This document shows positions 1 through 7,389 of a stretch of 64,000 nt of DNA, in pieces. Under the pieces are notes generated by a model. That model searched no databases. It was not told where the DNA came from and worked only from the letters and a program-made list of their open reading frames with translations. Source of the stretch: a virus (taxonomy: Duplodnaviria; Heunggongvirae; Uroviricota; Caudoviricetes); IMG/VR virus record IMGVR_UViG_3300000553_000006, positions 64,001 to 128,000 of that record; one strand, 5' to 3'. How positions within the stretch are numbered: the first letter of the stretch is position 1; every line of letters begins with the position of its first letter. The position numbers were made by a program, and so were the translations under genes.

Positions 1-557
1 TTTGCTGTTTTGATCTTCTTCATAAGTGCAGCATGATCAGGATTGTTTGGATCTAGAGCAACACCGCCAGCCTTTTTCTCAGCTTTCTTCTTAGCATGCG
101 CAGCCATAGCTCTGGCTTTGTTTCGACTGGCTCTGTCTCTGGCAGCTGCAGCAGCGTTTCTTCTTGCTTCAGCGTTCTTACGATTTTGTTCTACTCGGTC
201 AAAAATAGCCTTTTCGACTTCTTGCTTTGCTTTTACAGAAGCATCACTTCTAGCTGTGTGTCCAGCAACACGAATTTCTTCTTTTTCTTTATGAGCAGCA
301 TTTCTTGCAGCAAGTCTTTGTTCATGATCTTGATTACGTTCAGCTCGACGCTTTTGACGATCAGCTTCGGCTTCTTGTTTTCTCTTTTGACGATCAGTTT
401 CCGCTGCGCTGTGCTTGGCTGCAGCAGCCTTCTGTAGTTTCTTCTTTCTAAAATGCTTTACAATTGCTCTTGGAATACTAGATGATACGTTTGAAGCAGT
501 TCTAAAACTGATTGCTTCAACTAATCTTGTTCCGAGTGTCTCATCATTATTTGACAT
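1..557 (-). CDS. Ala/Lys/Arg-rich helical hypothetical protein, truncated by the left edge
   Basis: Manual translation from ATG at 557 (MSNNDETLGTRLVEAISFR...KKKLQKAAAAKHSAAETDRQKRKQE...) stays open to position 1 and overlaps the stop of the 547..1584 gene. Not in the ORF track. Confidence 0.7.
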   Translation of the reverse strand, partial: MSNNDETLGTRLVEAISFRTASNVSSSIPRAIVKHFRKKKLQKAAAAKHSAAETDRQKRKQEAEADRQKRRAERNQDHEQRLAARNAAHKEKEEIRVAGHTARSDASVKAKQEVEKAIFDRVEQNRKNAEARRNAAAAARDRASRNKARAMAAHAKKKAEKKAGGVALDPNNPDHAALMKKIKTA

Positions 558-1584
558 CTTTGTATCCTTTGATGTCCTTGAGTCTTTTAAGCTTCTTACC
601 TTGTTCTACAGCAGGATCATTACCTGGAGCATCTAGACCAGGTCCGCGAAGTCCACCAAGATCAGTTCCGTATGATTCGCTTGAATATTGTCCCTTACCT
701 GTTACGTAGTACTTACCTGTACCTTCATCACGTTGAACAATACCACCCCAACGTCGAGCCCAAGCGCGAGCTACTTCAAGATTGGCGAACATCTTTCCCT
801 TGGAAACAGGCGCATCACCATCTTCCTTAACGATTTTCTTCTTCTTGATCTTACCAAGAGTAGTTGTTGGTTCGTTGTAGACGTTGGCGTTGTCTGTAGT
901 TTGGTCGCCTTCTACTTCACCAGCAATCGTACCTTCAGCTGACAGCTTTGGCTTCTTTTTACCAGCAGTCATTGGTGCGTCACCAGCTCCAAGCATTTCT
1001 TGAACTTGCTTGACAAGTTTTTGTTGACGACGACGAGGCATCTGCTTGTTTGTGACTTTTGCTTCAAGATCCTTGTCAGCGCCAAGAACTACTTTAGCCT
1101 TGTCTTCACCAGCACGTTGGAATGGAACAACCGGACGACCTTCTTCATATACTGGATCTAGAGGAACTGCACCTGGCTGCGTTTTCTTAGACTTATACTT
1201 TGGTTTTTGTCCTGGAGTATCCTTGGCGTACTTATCAGAAAGACGAGTAGTTCCCTCGAATCCAGCACCATATTCTTCCTTGACATCAATCTTAGTGTCA
1301 ACAGGAGGAGTATTGTCTGTTACTGCGCGCTTTACTCGCTTCTCTGACTTCGTTACGTTTGGTGCTTCTCTGTGTCCACCCTTAGCTTTACCTGTCTCAG
1401 CAGCCTTAACTCTTTGAGCAAGAGTAGTTTCATTTGGTGGCTTGGCTGGAAGAGCATACGATTCGTTCGTATCCTTCGTTGGTGGATCGATGATGATTTG
1501 TTCTAGAGGCTCGCCAGTCAACGTCTTACCGTTACCTGATCCAGCTGACAGCATAGCCTTAATCTTGTCTAGAAACTTTCCCAT
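547..1584 (-). CDS. Lys/Glu/Gly-rich low-complexity hypothetical protein, possibly a head internal protein
   Basis: 345 aa ORF directly downstream of the HAD gene in a probable late operon; no family motif recognised. Confidence 0.7.
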   Translation of the reverse strand: MGKFLDKIKAMLSAGSGNGKTLTGEPLEQIIIDPPTKDTNESYALPAKPPNETTLAQRVKAAETGKAKGGHREAPNVTKSEKRVKRAVTDNTPPVDTKIDVKEEYGAGFEGTTRLSDKYAKDTPGQKPKYKSKKTQPGAVPLDPVYEEGRPVVPFQRAGEDKAKVVLGADKDLEAKVTNKQMPRRRQQKLVKQVQEMLGAGDAPMTAGKKKPKLSAEGTIAGEVEGDQTTDNANVYNEPTTTLGKIKKKKIVKEDGDAPVSKGKMFANLEVARAWARRWGGIVQRDEGTGKYYVTGKGQYSSESYGTDLGGLRGPGLDAPGNDPAVEQGKKLKRLKDIKGYKDVK

Positions 1585-1590
1585 AGCGAC

Positions 1591-2220
1591 CTATACTTTC
1601 GTTGTTGTTATTTTTGTCTTTCCACTATTAGGATCATGATCAACGTGGTGAGCATTAAAGGTTACAGTAGGATGTTCTTTCTTCAAGCTCAAAAAGTGTT
1701 CGAGATTAGGATGATGATCGTCGTATAGATGAACATCCTTATACCCATGCTTATTTATGAGTTCATGAACAACTCGCTTCTTGTTGTCTGGTGCAGTTCC
1801 TCCAAGATTCCCTGCTCGTCTTACATGGACTTTATCAGTATCGATACCGTGTCTACCAAGGTGTCTACTGAAATGATCTTTGTCATCCATGTCTGATCTG
1901 GCGGTCAGGATCTCAGCCTTTCCGCCTTTACCTACAATCGAATGCAGTTTCTTTAATGTCTTCTTAATGGGTTTTGCTGTATCAGAAAATATCTTAGAGT
2001 TTCTAAACTCCGAGAAATCATGTGAATGACCATGAGGAAGCTTGTAACTGTTAAACTCTCCAGAATTGAGAGTCTTGACTCGCTTACCTTTGTGGTCATT
2101 CACATGCACTTTAACACCAGTCCCGTCTTTGGGATGGCGGAATAAAGTGTCATCTAAATCAAAGAAGTGAATTGATTTGTGATCAGCTTCTTCAGTAATG
2201 TAGTCTTGAAAAGTTTTCAT
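1591..2220 (-). CDS. HAD-superfamily phosphatase with an N-terminal T4-like capsid-targeting sequence
   Basis: HAD motifs FFDLDDTLF, ILTAR and LYDD; N-terminus MKTFQDYITEE. Confidence 0.8.
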   Translation of the reverse strand: MKTFQDYITEEADHKSIHFFDLDDTLFRHPKDGTGVKVHVNDHKGKRVKTLNSGEFNSYKLPHGHSHDFSEFRNSKIFSDTAKPIKKTLKKLHSIVGKGGKAEILTARSDMDDKDHFSRHLGRHGIDTDKVHVRRAGNLGGTAPDNKKRVVHELINKHGYKDVHLYDDHHPNLEHFLSLKKEHPTVTFNAHHVDHDPNSGKTKITTTKV

Positions 2221-2245
2221 ATATCCATCATAGCTGTTTACAGAC

Positions 2246-2252
2246 TATTTAG
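2246..2252 (-). promoter_or_regulatory. T4-type late promoter variant (CTAAATA)
   Basis: Matches the TATAAATA core and lies 26 nt upstream of the HAD start codon. Confidence 0.55.
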
Positions 2253-2725
2253 GAAAACCACTCCGGAACTTCTCGGTGTGACCATTTCGCCATATAAGCT
2301 TTGTCACCGCGATAGTAATTACGATAGGCGTCCACAGGATTGTCTGTCTTAAATTCGTCAGGCATGCACTGCGGAATCGGAGTCAGATAACCAACAGGAA
2401 TGTTCTTTGGCAGAGACATTAGAGTCTTACGAAGCTTCTTGTCAGTTGCATGAGTCTTACTGTAACGATGAGTGTATTCATCACATAGATCGGTAAACAA
2501 ACAGTAGAGCCAAGTGTAGTTGTTGTTCGATTCGCGAACCCACTTAGCTGAAGGATGATTCGCATGAGTTTTGCGATACAGTCCTTCAGGTACATTTTCA
2601 CCATCTAGAACATGGTGAGCAGTAGACAGCAACTGAGCATACTCAAGAATCATCTTGACGACATGCTTGTCGCAATGCATTGCTGCATTGGTCTTAGTGT
2701 TTTTGTCCAGCAAGAAAATGTTCAT
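2249..2725 (-). CDS. Pyrimidine-dimer DNA glycosylase / endonuclease V-like protein
   Basis: MNIFxLD...HCDKHVVKMILEYAQLLSTAH, Y(R/K)xTHxNHPSAKW and YRNYY motifs; start moved to MNIF at 2725. Confidence 0.8.
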   Translation of the reverse strand: MNIFLLDKNTKTNAAMHCDKHVVKMILEYAQLLSTAHHVLDGENVPEGLYRKTHANHPSAKWVRESNNNYTWLYCLFTDLCDEYTHRYSKTHATDKKLRKTLMSLPKNIPVGYLTPIPQCMPDEFKTDNPVDAYRNYYRGDKAYMAKWSHREVPEWFS

Positions 2726-2846
2726 TACGATTCCAGTCGATGTTCTTTTCGTGACGAAGGACGAGACCATTATCGGTAGACCACATTTGGCCATACTCGA
2801 ATTTCCAGAGACGCTTGCGGTCTGGCTTGTTCATACTAATCTTCAT
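2694..2846 (-). CDS. Small hypothetical protein (50 aa)
   Basis: MKISMNKPDRKRLWKFEYG...; TAATG overlap with the upstream gene and fills the gap. Confidence 0.4.
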   Translation of the reverse strand: MKISMNKPDRKRLWKFEYGQMWSTDNGLVLRHEKNIDWNRNEHFLAGQKH

Positions 2847-3142
2847 TAGAAATGTCTCCACTCATACTCAGAATTACCAGTCTTAAATTGAATCGTGCGA
2901 ATATCTTCGTCAGTTGTATCTGACAAAATCTCGGTGATAATAGTAGTCTGCCACCAGTCTTGAGCAGAATAAGAACGACCATAATGAGAACCAACTCGCA
3001 TGGCTACGCCAACACGAGGAATACCTGGCTCTTCTTCTTTAACATCAACAATTTTACCTTCGTCATAAACTGGAACCAGAGCCAGAGACATTTGACCTGA
3101 GTCGCCAGCATTATCGCGTGTACGTCGTAGAGAATAGGGCAT
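2846..3142 (-). CDS. Hypothetical phage protein
   Basis: 98 aa ORF packed in the operon, with GSHYGRSYSAQDWWQTT motif. Confidence 0.7.
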   Translation of the reverse strand: MPYSLRRTRDNAGDSGQMSLALVPVYDEGKIVDVKEEEPGIPRVGVAMRVGSHYGRSYSAQDWWQTTIITEILSDTTDEDIRTIQFKTGNSEYEWRHF

Positions 3143-3143
3143 G

Positions 3144-3554
3144 TTACCTCACAAGATATTCATAAGTGTTTTCGTCAGTAGAATAGATAACTTCTGGAAT
3201 GCGATACTTACGAATCGCCTTCATACATCCAGCACAAGGCTTGGCAATCCCGAGAATCAGAGTCTTATCGTGTGTTGATACACACTTTACTCGTGATACG
3301 TAAAGAGTGCACTTAGAAAGAAGCTCAGGATCGTTAAGTCGAAGAGCGTTCTTAATCGCGTCGATCTCTGCGTGGAGATAGATACAATCCTCATTCTTCG
3401 AGAACCTTCTTTGTAGTGGATGTGTCTTCTTTTGATTGAAGCCAATCGAGATAATCTCGTTGCGAATAGCCAAAACAGCACCAACCTTGGCCGAGGAAAA
3501 TCTCTCGGCGGAAGCAGCAATGTTTTCTACAGTTCTGATAATCTTTCCGTTCAT
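3144..3554 (-). CDS. Zn-dependent CMP/dCMP-deaminase-fold protein
   Basis: HAEIDAI and KPCAGC zinc motifs; IISIGFN strand. Confidence 0.85.
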   Translation of the reverse strand: MNGKIIRTVENIAASAERFSSAKVGAVLAIRNEIISIGFNQKKTHPLQRRFSKNEDCIYLHAEIDAIKNALRLNDPELLSKCTLYVSRVKCVSTHDKTLILGIAKPCAGCMKAIRKYRIPEVIYSTDENTYEYLVR

Positions 3555-3560
3555 GGTTCA

Positions 3561-3589
3561 ATCATACCCTGATACGGAATTAAAGTCAA
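3561..3589 (-). promoter_or_regulatory. Sigma70-type early promoter
   Basis: TTGACT-17 nt-TATGAT just upstream of the deaminase start. Confidence 0.7.
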
Positions 3590-3747
3590 AGTGGTTTTTC
3601 TAAAACCCATCCTTTGATTGGATCGAAATAAGTGTTGCAGCTGAAAAGATTCTCTAGCTTAGAAGCCACAATCATGGATTCCTTATCGCTAAAGGTCAGA
3701 ACTTCCACCGGCTTGGTGTCGTGTTCCATAATCAACTCATCTTGCAT
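3586..3747 (-). CDS. Small hypothetical protein (53 aa)
   Basis: MQDELIMEHDTKPVEVLTF...; upstream AGGAG and overlap with the preceding gene. Confidence 0.5.
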   Translation of the reverse strand: MQDELIMEHDTKPVEVLTFSDKESMIVASKLENLFSCNTYFDPIKGWVLEKPL

Positions 3748-3955
3748 TTACTTCTCCTGTTACTGTTGACAAATACCTGATTGGATAATCTTTATCGGGT
3801 GGATTATCTAACACCACAATACAACTCTCGTTGTATATGCTCTGAATGACTGCAGTATAACGAATGGGAGTTTCAGTTATCGTAGCTGTCCCATCAGCGT
3901 TTAGCTTACCGACAGACTTCGTAGAGTCGTACTGTATTCTGTCACCAATATTCAT
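3737..3955 (-). CDS. Small hypothetical protein (72 aa)
   Basis: Start reassigned to MNIGDRIQY because the longer call runs into tRNA-Ser. Confidence 0.55.
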   Translation of the reverse strand: MNIGDRIQYDSTKSVGKLNADGTATITETPIRYTAVIQSIYNESCIVVLDNPPDKDYPIRYLSTVTGEVNAR

Positions 3956-3969
3956 TTCGAATCCTAAAA

Positions 3970-4059
3970 TGGCGGATGGTATAGGAATCGAACCTATCCG
4001 ACCCATTACAGGTCGTACTGTTTAGCAAACAGCTGCAATTGCCACACTGCCCACCATCC
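3970..4059 (-). tRNA. tRNA-Ser(GCU)
   Basis: Acceptor GGATGGT/ACCATCC, anticodon loop TTGCTAA, long variable arm, TTCGATT loop, G73 plus encoded CCA. Confidence 0.92.
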
Positions 4060-4065
4060 AAAAAA

Positions 4066-4140
4066 TGGTACTAGAGGAAGGTACCGCCCCTTCTACCACA
4101 GAGCTGTCAGCTCTGGCCCTCGCTTCTCGGACTCTCTAGT
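4066..4140 (-). tRNA. Aberrant tRNA-like RNA, anticodon GAC (Val), with non-canonical T and D loops
   Basis: Cloverleaf: ACTAGAG/CTCTAGT, CAGAG-CTGACAG-CTCTG, GAAGG-GGCGGTA-CCTTC, then A-CCA. Lacks TTC, U8 and the D-loop GG. Confidence 0.7.
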
Positions 4141-4141
4141 A

Positions 4142-4235
4142 TGGAGGTAGGTGTGAGATTCGAACTCACGGAACCCCTTCCGAGGTCCTCTTGTTTTCAA
4201 GACAAGCGCAATCAACCTGACTCTGCCAACCTACC
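4142..4235 (-). tRNA. tRNA-Ser(UGA)
   Basis: GGTAGGT/ACCTACC acceptor, CTTGT-CTTGAAA-ACAAG anticodon arm, long variable arm, TTCGAAT loop, CCA. Confidence 0.93.
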
Positions 4236-4367
4236 GTGTTTTTCTGTCTTTCTTCGATATTCTTCCTTTTCCTTGAAGCGACCTTTATTATTGCCGCGCC
4301 AACGGTGAGGAGTGCATAGACTACAACGAATGGATCGTTTTGTTTTCTTGCGTTTGAAGTTAGACAT
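4212..4367 (-). CDS. Small basic protein with a CxxCxxH motif (51 aa)
   Basis: MSNFKRKKTKRSIRCSLCTPHRWRGNNKGRF...; strong AAGGAG Shine-Dalgarno; 3' end overlaps tRNA-Ser(UGA). Confidence 0.6.
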   Translation of the reverse strand: MSNFKRKKTKRSIRCSLCTPHRWRGNNKGRFKEKEEYRRKTEKHGRLAESG

Positions 4368-4376
4368 CGTTCTCCT

Positions 4377-4670
4377 TTATCGTAAAATCCCCATGATCGC
4401 CTTTTCCTTTAGCAGGAAGTAGACTTCGCCATAGACAGTGATATTGTCAACAGCACCACGGTGATAGATAACCTTGTCACCAACTTGAACAGTCAGAGGA
4501 ATAACATTCCCGCCATCGACGAGACCCTTACCAACAGCGACAACTTCGGCTGTTTGGAAAAGATCTTGAGTGCTATTTTGCGGAAGCATAATACCACCCT
4601 TGGTCAACTGACTATTCGCGATTGGATTAATCAAAACATAATCGTGTAATGGTTCAAAACTAAGACTCAT
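4377..4670 (-). CDS. groES: Co-chaperonin GroES (Cpn10)
   Basis: PLHDYVLI, TKGGIMLP mobile loop, AEVVAVGKG, VQVGDKVIY. Confidence 0.9.
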   Translation of the reverse strand: MSLSFEPLHDYVLINPIANSQLTKGGIMLPQNSTQDLFQTAEVVAVGKGLVDGGNVIPLTVQVGDKVIYHRGAVDNITVYGEVYFLLKEKAIMGILR

Positions 4671-4694
4671 TCATATCATCCTTACTAAGAAAAA

Positions 4695-4780
4695 TGGCTC
4701 GCACTCAAGGTATCGAACCTTGCAGCCTTTCAGCGATCCGGTTAACAGCCGGTCCCGTTCACCATGCTCGGTCAGTGCGA
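4695..4780 (-). tRNA. tRNA-Asn(GUU) with an atypical long variable arm
   Basis: TCGCACT/AGTGCGA acceptor, G73, CCA, anticodon loop CTGTTAA, TTCGATA loop, 14-nt variable region. Confidence 0.85.
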
Positions 4781-4789
4781 TCAGTGTTT

Positions 4790-4797
4790 TATTTATG
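4790..4797 (-). promoter_or_regulatory. Late promoter (CATAAATA) upstream of the tRNA cluster
   Basis: T4 late-promoter core about 10 nt upstream of the tRNA-Asn 5' end. Confidence 0.5.
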
Positions 4798-5242
4798 CCG
4801 CAAATTTATTACGTACAGCGTGGTCAGCAGCGTGTGTGCTGGCCCATGCGTGAGGCTTCAGAATTGGGTCGAAACCGAATGATCCACGAACATATCCCAA
4901 CGCTTCTTTCACAGCCACGTTTGACTTGTGCTTGGCGTTAGTGTTGATGTCCAGGTGGATTTCCATGTGACGATCACCAATTACTTCGATCAATTCAGAA
5001 GCAGCTTCCACAGCGTAGCCAACTTCAGTTAGCAGACGTTGCTTCATGTTGCCGTAGTCAGGAAGTACCACTGACTTGTGGAACAGCTTACATCCGTGCT
5101 TCGTATCGTAGTGAAGAACGACTACGGTTGAGTAACGAGCGTACCAAACCTTGTCCTTCTTAAAACGAATTGAGTCACAGCCGATGTAGACTGATGATTC
5201 CTTGCTTGATCTACGTATCGCTTCTCTGGCTTCTTCTATCAT
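4793..5242 (-). CDS. RNase H-like YkuK family protein
   Basis: VYIGCDS, RLLTEV, EIHLDIN and C-terminal AADH motifs. Confidence 0.8.
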   Translation of the reverse strand: MIEEAREAIRRSSKESSVYIGCDSIRFKKDKVWYARYSTVVVLHYDTKHGCKLFHKSVVLPDYGNMKQRLLTEVGYAVEAASELIEVIGDRHMEIHLDINTNAKHKSNVAVKEALGYVRGSFGFDPILKPHAWASTHAADHAVRNKFAA

Positions 5243-5678
5243 GACTATACCTCTTGTACTCTCTATATAGTTCTACTTCCTTAGTAAACGCTTCAATTTC
5301 CCATGGTCGACTCGTATATTCCGTATCGTCATATACTTGTTTCGCCCATTTGAATCGCTTACCGCCACCCACGTCTTTCAATTCGCCCTTGGCATATTGC
5401 TTTACGTGGACCATTTCATGAGCAAGTGTTTGAAGTAGCTCATCTAATGGAACCTTATTTAGTAGTTCTATCTCAAAATCTCGAGGTCGCGGATGGTCTA
5501 AATCAGTAAAAGCACAATATCCAAGCACATCCAGATCACGCTTTAGCATGATTTCTAGATAAATGTTGGGCGACAATCGTTTAGAGAACAATTTGGAAGC
5601 GAAAAATTCAGCAGCCTCCTTGAGTTCTATCTTTAGATTTGTATCGCGTGTTCCTCTGATTTTAATTTCCATACGCAC
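5211..5678 (-). CDS. Zn metallopeptidase-like protein (HExxH)
   Basis: TLAHEMVHVKQY and downstream PWEIEA motif. Confidence 0.75.
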   Translation of the reverse strand: MRMEIKIRGTRDTNLKIELKEAAEFFASKLFSKRLSPNIYLEIMLKRDLDVLGYCAFTDLDHPRPRDFEIELLNKVPLDELLQTLAHEMVHVKQYAKGELKDVGGGKRFKWAKQVYDDTEYTSRPWEIEAFTKEVELYREYKRYSHDRRSQRSDT

Positions 5679-5696
5679 TCAACTCCTACTAAGCCA

Positions 5697-5725
5697 ATCA
5701 TACTGTATGGGCTATTTAATAGCAA
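5697..5725 (-). promoter_or_regulatory. Sigma70-type promoter
   Basis: TTGCTA-17 nt-TATGAT upstream of the AGGAG and start of the metallopeptidase gene. Confidence 0.55.
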
Positions 5726-5732
5726 GCACCAT

Positions 5733-7190
5733 TTATGAAATTTTCAATCCCGAAAAATCTTTCTTACCAGCCTTCTTCGTCATAAATTTCATAGAGTCGT
5801 CTTCATCCCATCGCTGACCAAAATCAGCATTATCCATCACAGGCTTATCTTCGGCTGGTTTCTTCTTACCACCCTTGTATTTATTGTCGACCATGATGTC
5901 GTCTTGGGCTGAGTTCTCCACATCATACAATCGCATCTTCGCTCGATGAATGCCTATCACAAATCGTTTATCTCGAGTCGGGTCATTGTATCGGTTCTTC
6001 AACTGAATGACCAACAGCTGATCGAGAGCTTCAAGTTCGTCATTTGATACGAGAGCAAACATGAAGTCGGCTGTCGCCGGTAGACCGAAGCTTTCGCTTG
6101 TGTTCTCGAGACCTGGATCGCTACTCGAATATCCATCTCTGTTTGTTTGTGTAGCAGTAACAACAGGAAGATTGAATTCAACAGCCAGACCGCGAAGTTC
6201 TTCGGCGATCGCCTTGATGTACAGATAAGAATTGATTGAAGAACCAAGCTTCAATCGTGAAGACATACAGATATTCAGATAGTCAATGTAGATAATATCT
6301 GGAGAGAAGTTCTTCTTTAACTTAAGTTCTTGTAGAAGATGTCTGAAGTGTCCAGCACCAGCAGCTGATGTTGGATATTCCTTGATGATCAGCTTACCCT
6401 TGACTCTACTCTTCAACTGGTTCATACGTTTGGCGTATGATTCTTTAGGTAGTTCTTGCAGTTCGTCAACAGTAATATTGAGAATGTTCGCATCAATACG
6501 TTCGGCGATCTTCTCTTCAGCCATTTCCATGGTGATGTAGAGAACGTTCTTACCTTGAAGAAGGTTAGCCGAAGCACAGTGAGTCATGAACAGAGTTTTA
6601 CCAACACCTGTTCCTGCCAGAATAACATTCAATGACTTACGTACAAGTCCACCACGAGTGATCTTGTTAAACATCTCAAGGTCAAACGGAATACGCGACT
6701 CAGTCTTATGGTAGAAATCGTAACGAGTCTCAAAGTTCTCAAGGAAATCGTGACCGATGTTAGAGTCAAACGAAACACTCAAAGCTTCGGTAAGAATTTG
6801 TGGGATCGACCCCTTGTCTTTCTTATCTTTACTGTTTCCATCAATAATGTTGATTGACTCTTTGATAGCGTTCAGAATAGCACGATCTTGACAATGCTTC
6901 TCAGTTTCATCCATCAACCAGTCACGATTAGTCAAAGGATCTGGATGAATTTCACTGATTACTTCTACAACTTCTTGATACTGTTCTTGGCTTACGCTGA
7001 GTTTTTCTGCTTCAAGTGCAAGGATCTTCTGAGTTGGCAAGCTGTTATACTTGTCAATGAACTCTTTGATCATGGTGTAAACAATTTTGTTCGGTGCATT
7101 TGAGAAGTAATCCTCCTTGAGAAAGGGGATTACTGCTCTACAATACTCTTCGTCTACTACTAGATTGTTCAGAATTGTGGTTTCAATCAT
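5733..7190 (-). CDS. 41: Replicative DNA helicase (T4 gp41-like)
   Basis: Walker A AGTGVGKT; ITMEMAEEKIAERIDAN; IYIDYLNI; SESFGLPATADFM; KNRY. Confidence 0.97.
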   Translation of the reverse strand: MIETTILNNLVVDEEYCRAVIPFLKEDYFSNAPNKIVYTMIKEFIDKYNSLPTQKILALEAEKLSVSQEQYQEVVEVISEIHPDPLTNRDWLMDETEKHCQDRAILNAIKESINIIDGNSKDKKDKGSIPQILTEALSVSFDSNIGHDFLENFETRYDFYHKTESRIPFDLEMFNKITRGGLVRKSLNVILAGTGVGKTLFMTHCASANLLQGKNVLYITMEMAEEKIAERIDANILNITVDELQELPKESYAKRMNQLKSRVKGKLIIKEYPTSAAGAGHFRHLLQELKLKKNFSPDIIYIDYLNICMSSRLKLGSSINSYLYIKAIAEELRGLAVEFNLPVVTATQTNRDGYSSSDPGLENTSESFGLPATADFMFALVSNDELEALDQLLVIQLKNRYNDPTRDKRFVIGIHRAKMRLYDVENSAQDDIMVDNKYKGGKKKPAEDKPVMDNADFGQRWDEDDSMKFMTKKAGKKDFSGLKIS

Positions 7191-7389
7191 AAACTGTCCA
7201 TCTCTTTGCGCAATCTTTACATTTATATGTTATCCAATAACTGTCAGCCGTTGGGTCATAATTACCAGTATTTGAACCATACTGTTTCTCATGGTTCAAA
7301 TGTTCACACTTAGCTTGAATTTCTCCAATCATCAACTCAATGTTATAGATTGTATCTTCAAGCAGCTTAACTTTCTCATGCGTCTTCAT
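7183..7389 (-). CDS. Small Cys/His-containing hypothetical protein
   Basis: CEH...GSNTGNYDP...YW...CKDC; start moved to MKTHE after GAGGA. Confidence 0.6.
   Translation of the reverse strand: MKTHEKVKLLEDTIYNIELMIGEIQAKCEHLNHEKQYGSNTGNYDPTADSYWITYKCKDCAKRWTVYD

Noticed and set aside
3144-3554. Calling this gene dCMP deaminase (cd)
   Set aside because: The fold is clear but the spacing differs from typical dCMP deaminases, so no gene symbol is given.
3956-4006. N-terminal extension of ORF 3737..4006
   Set aside because: It is the translated T-arm and acceptor stem of tRNA-Ser(GCU).
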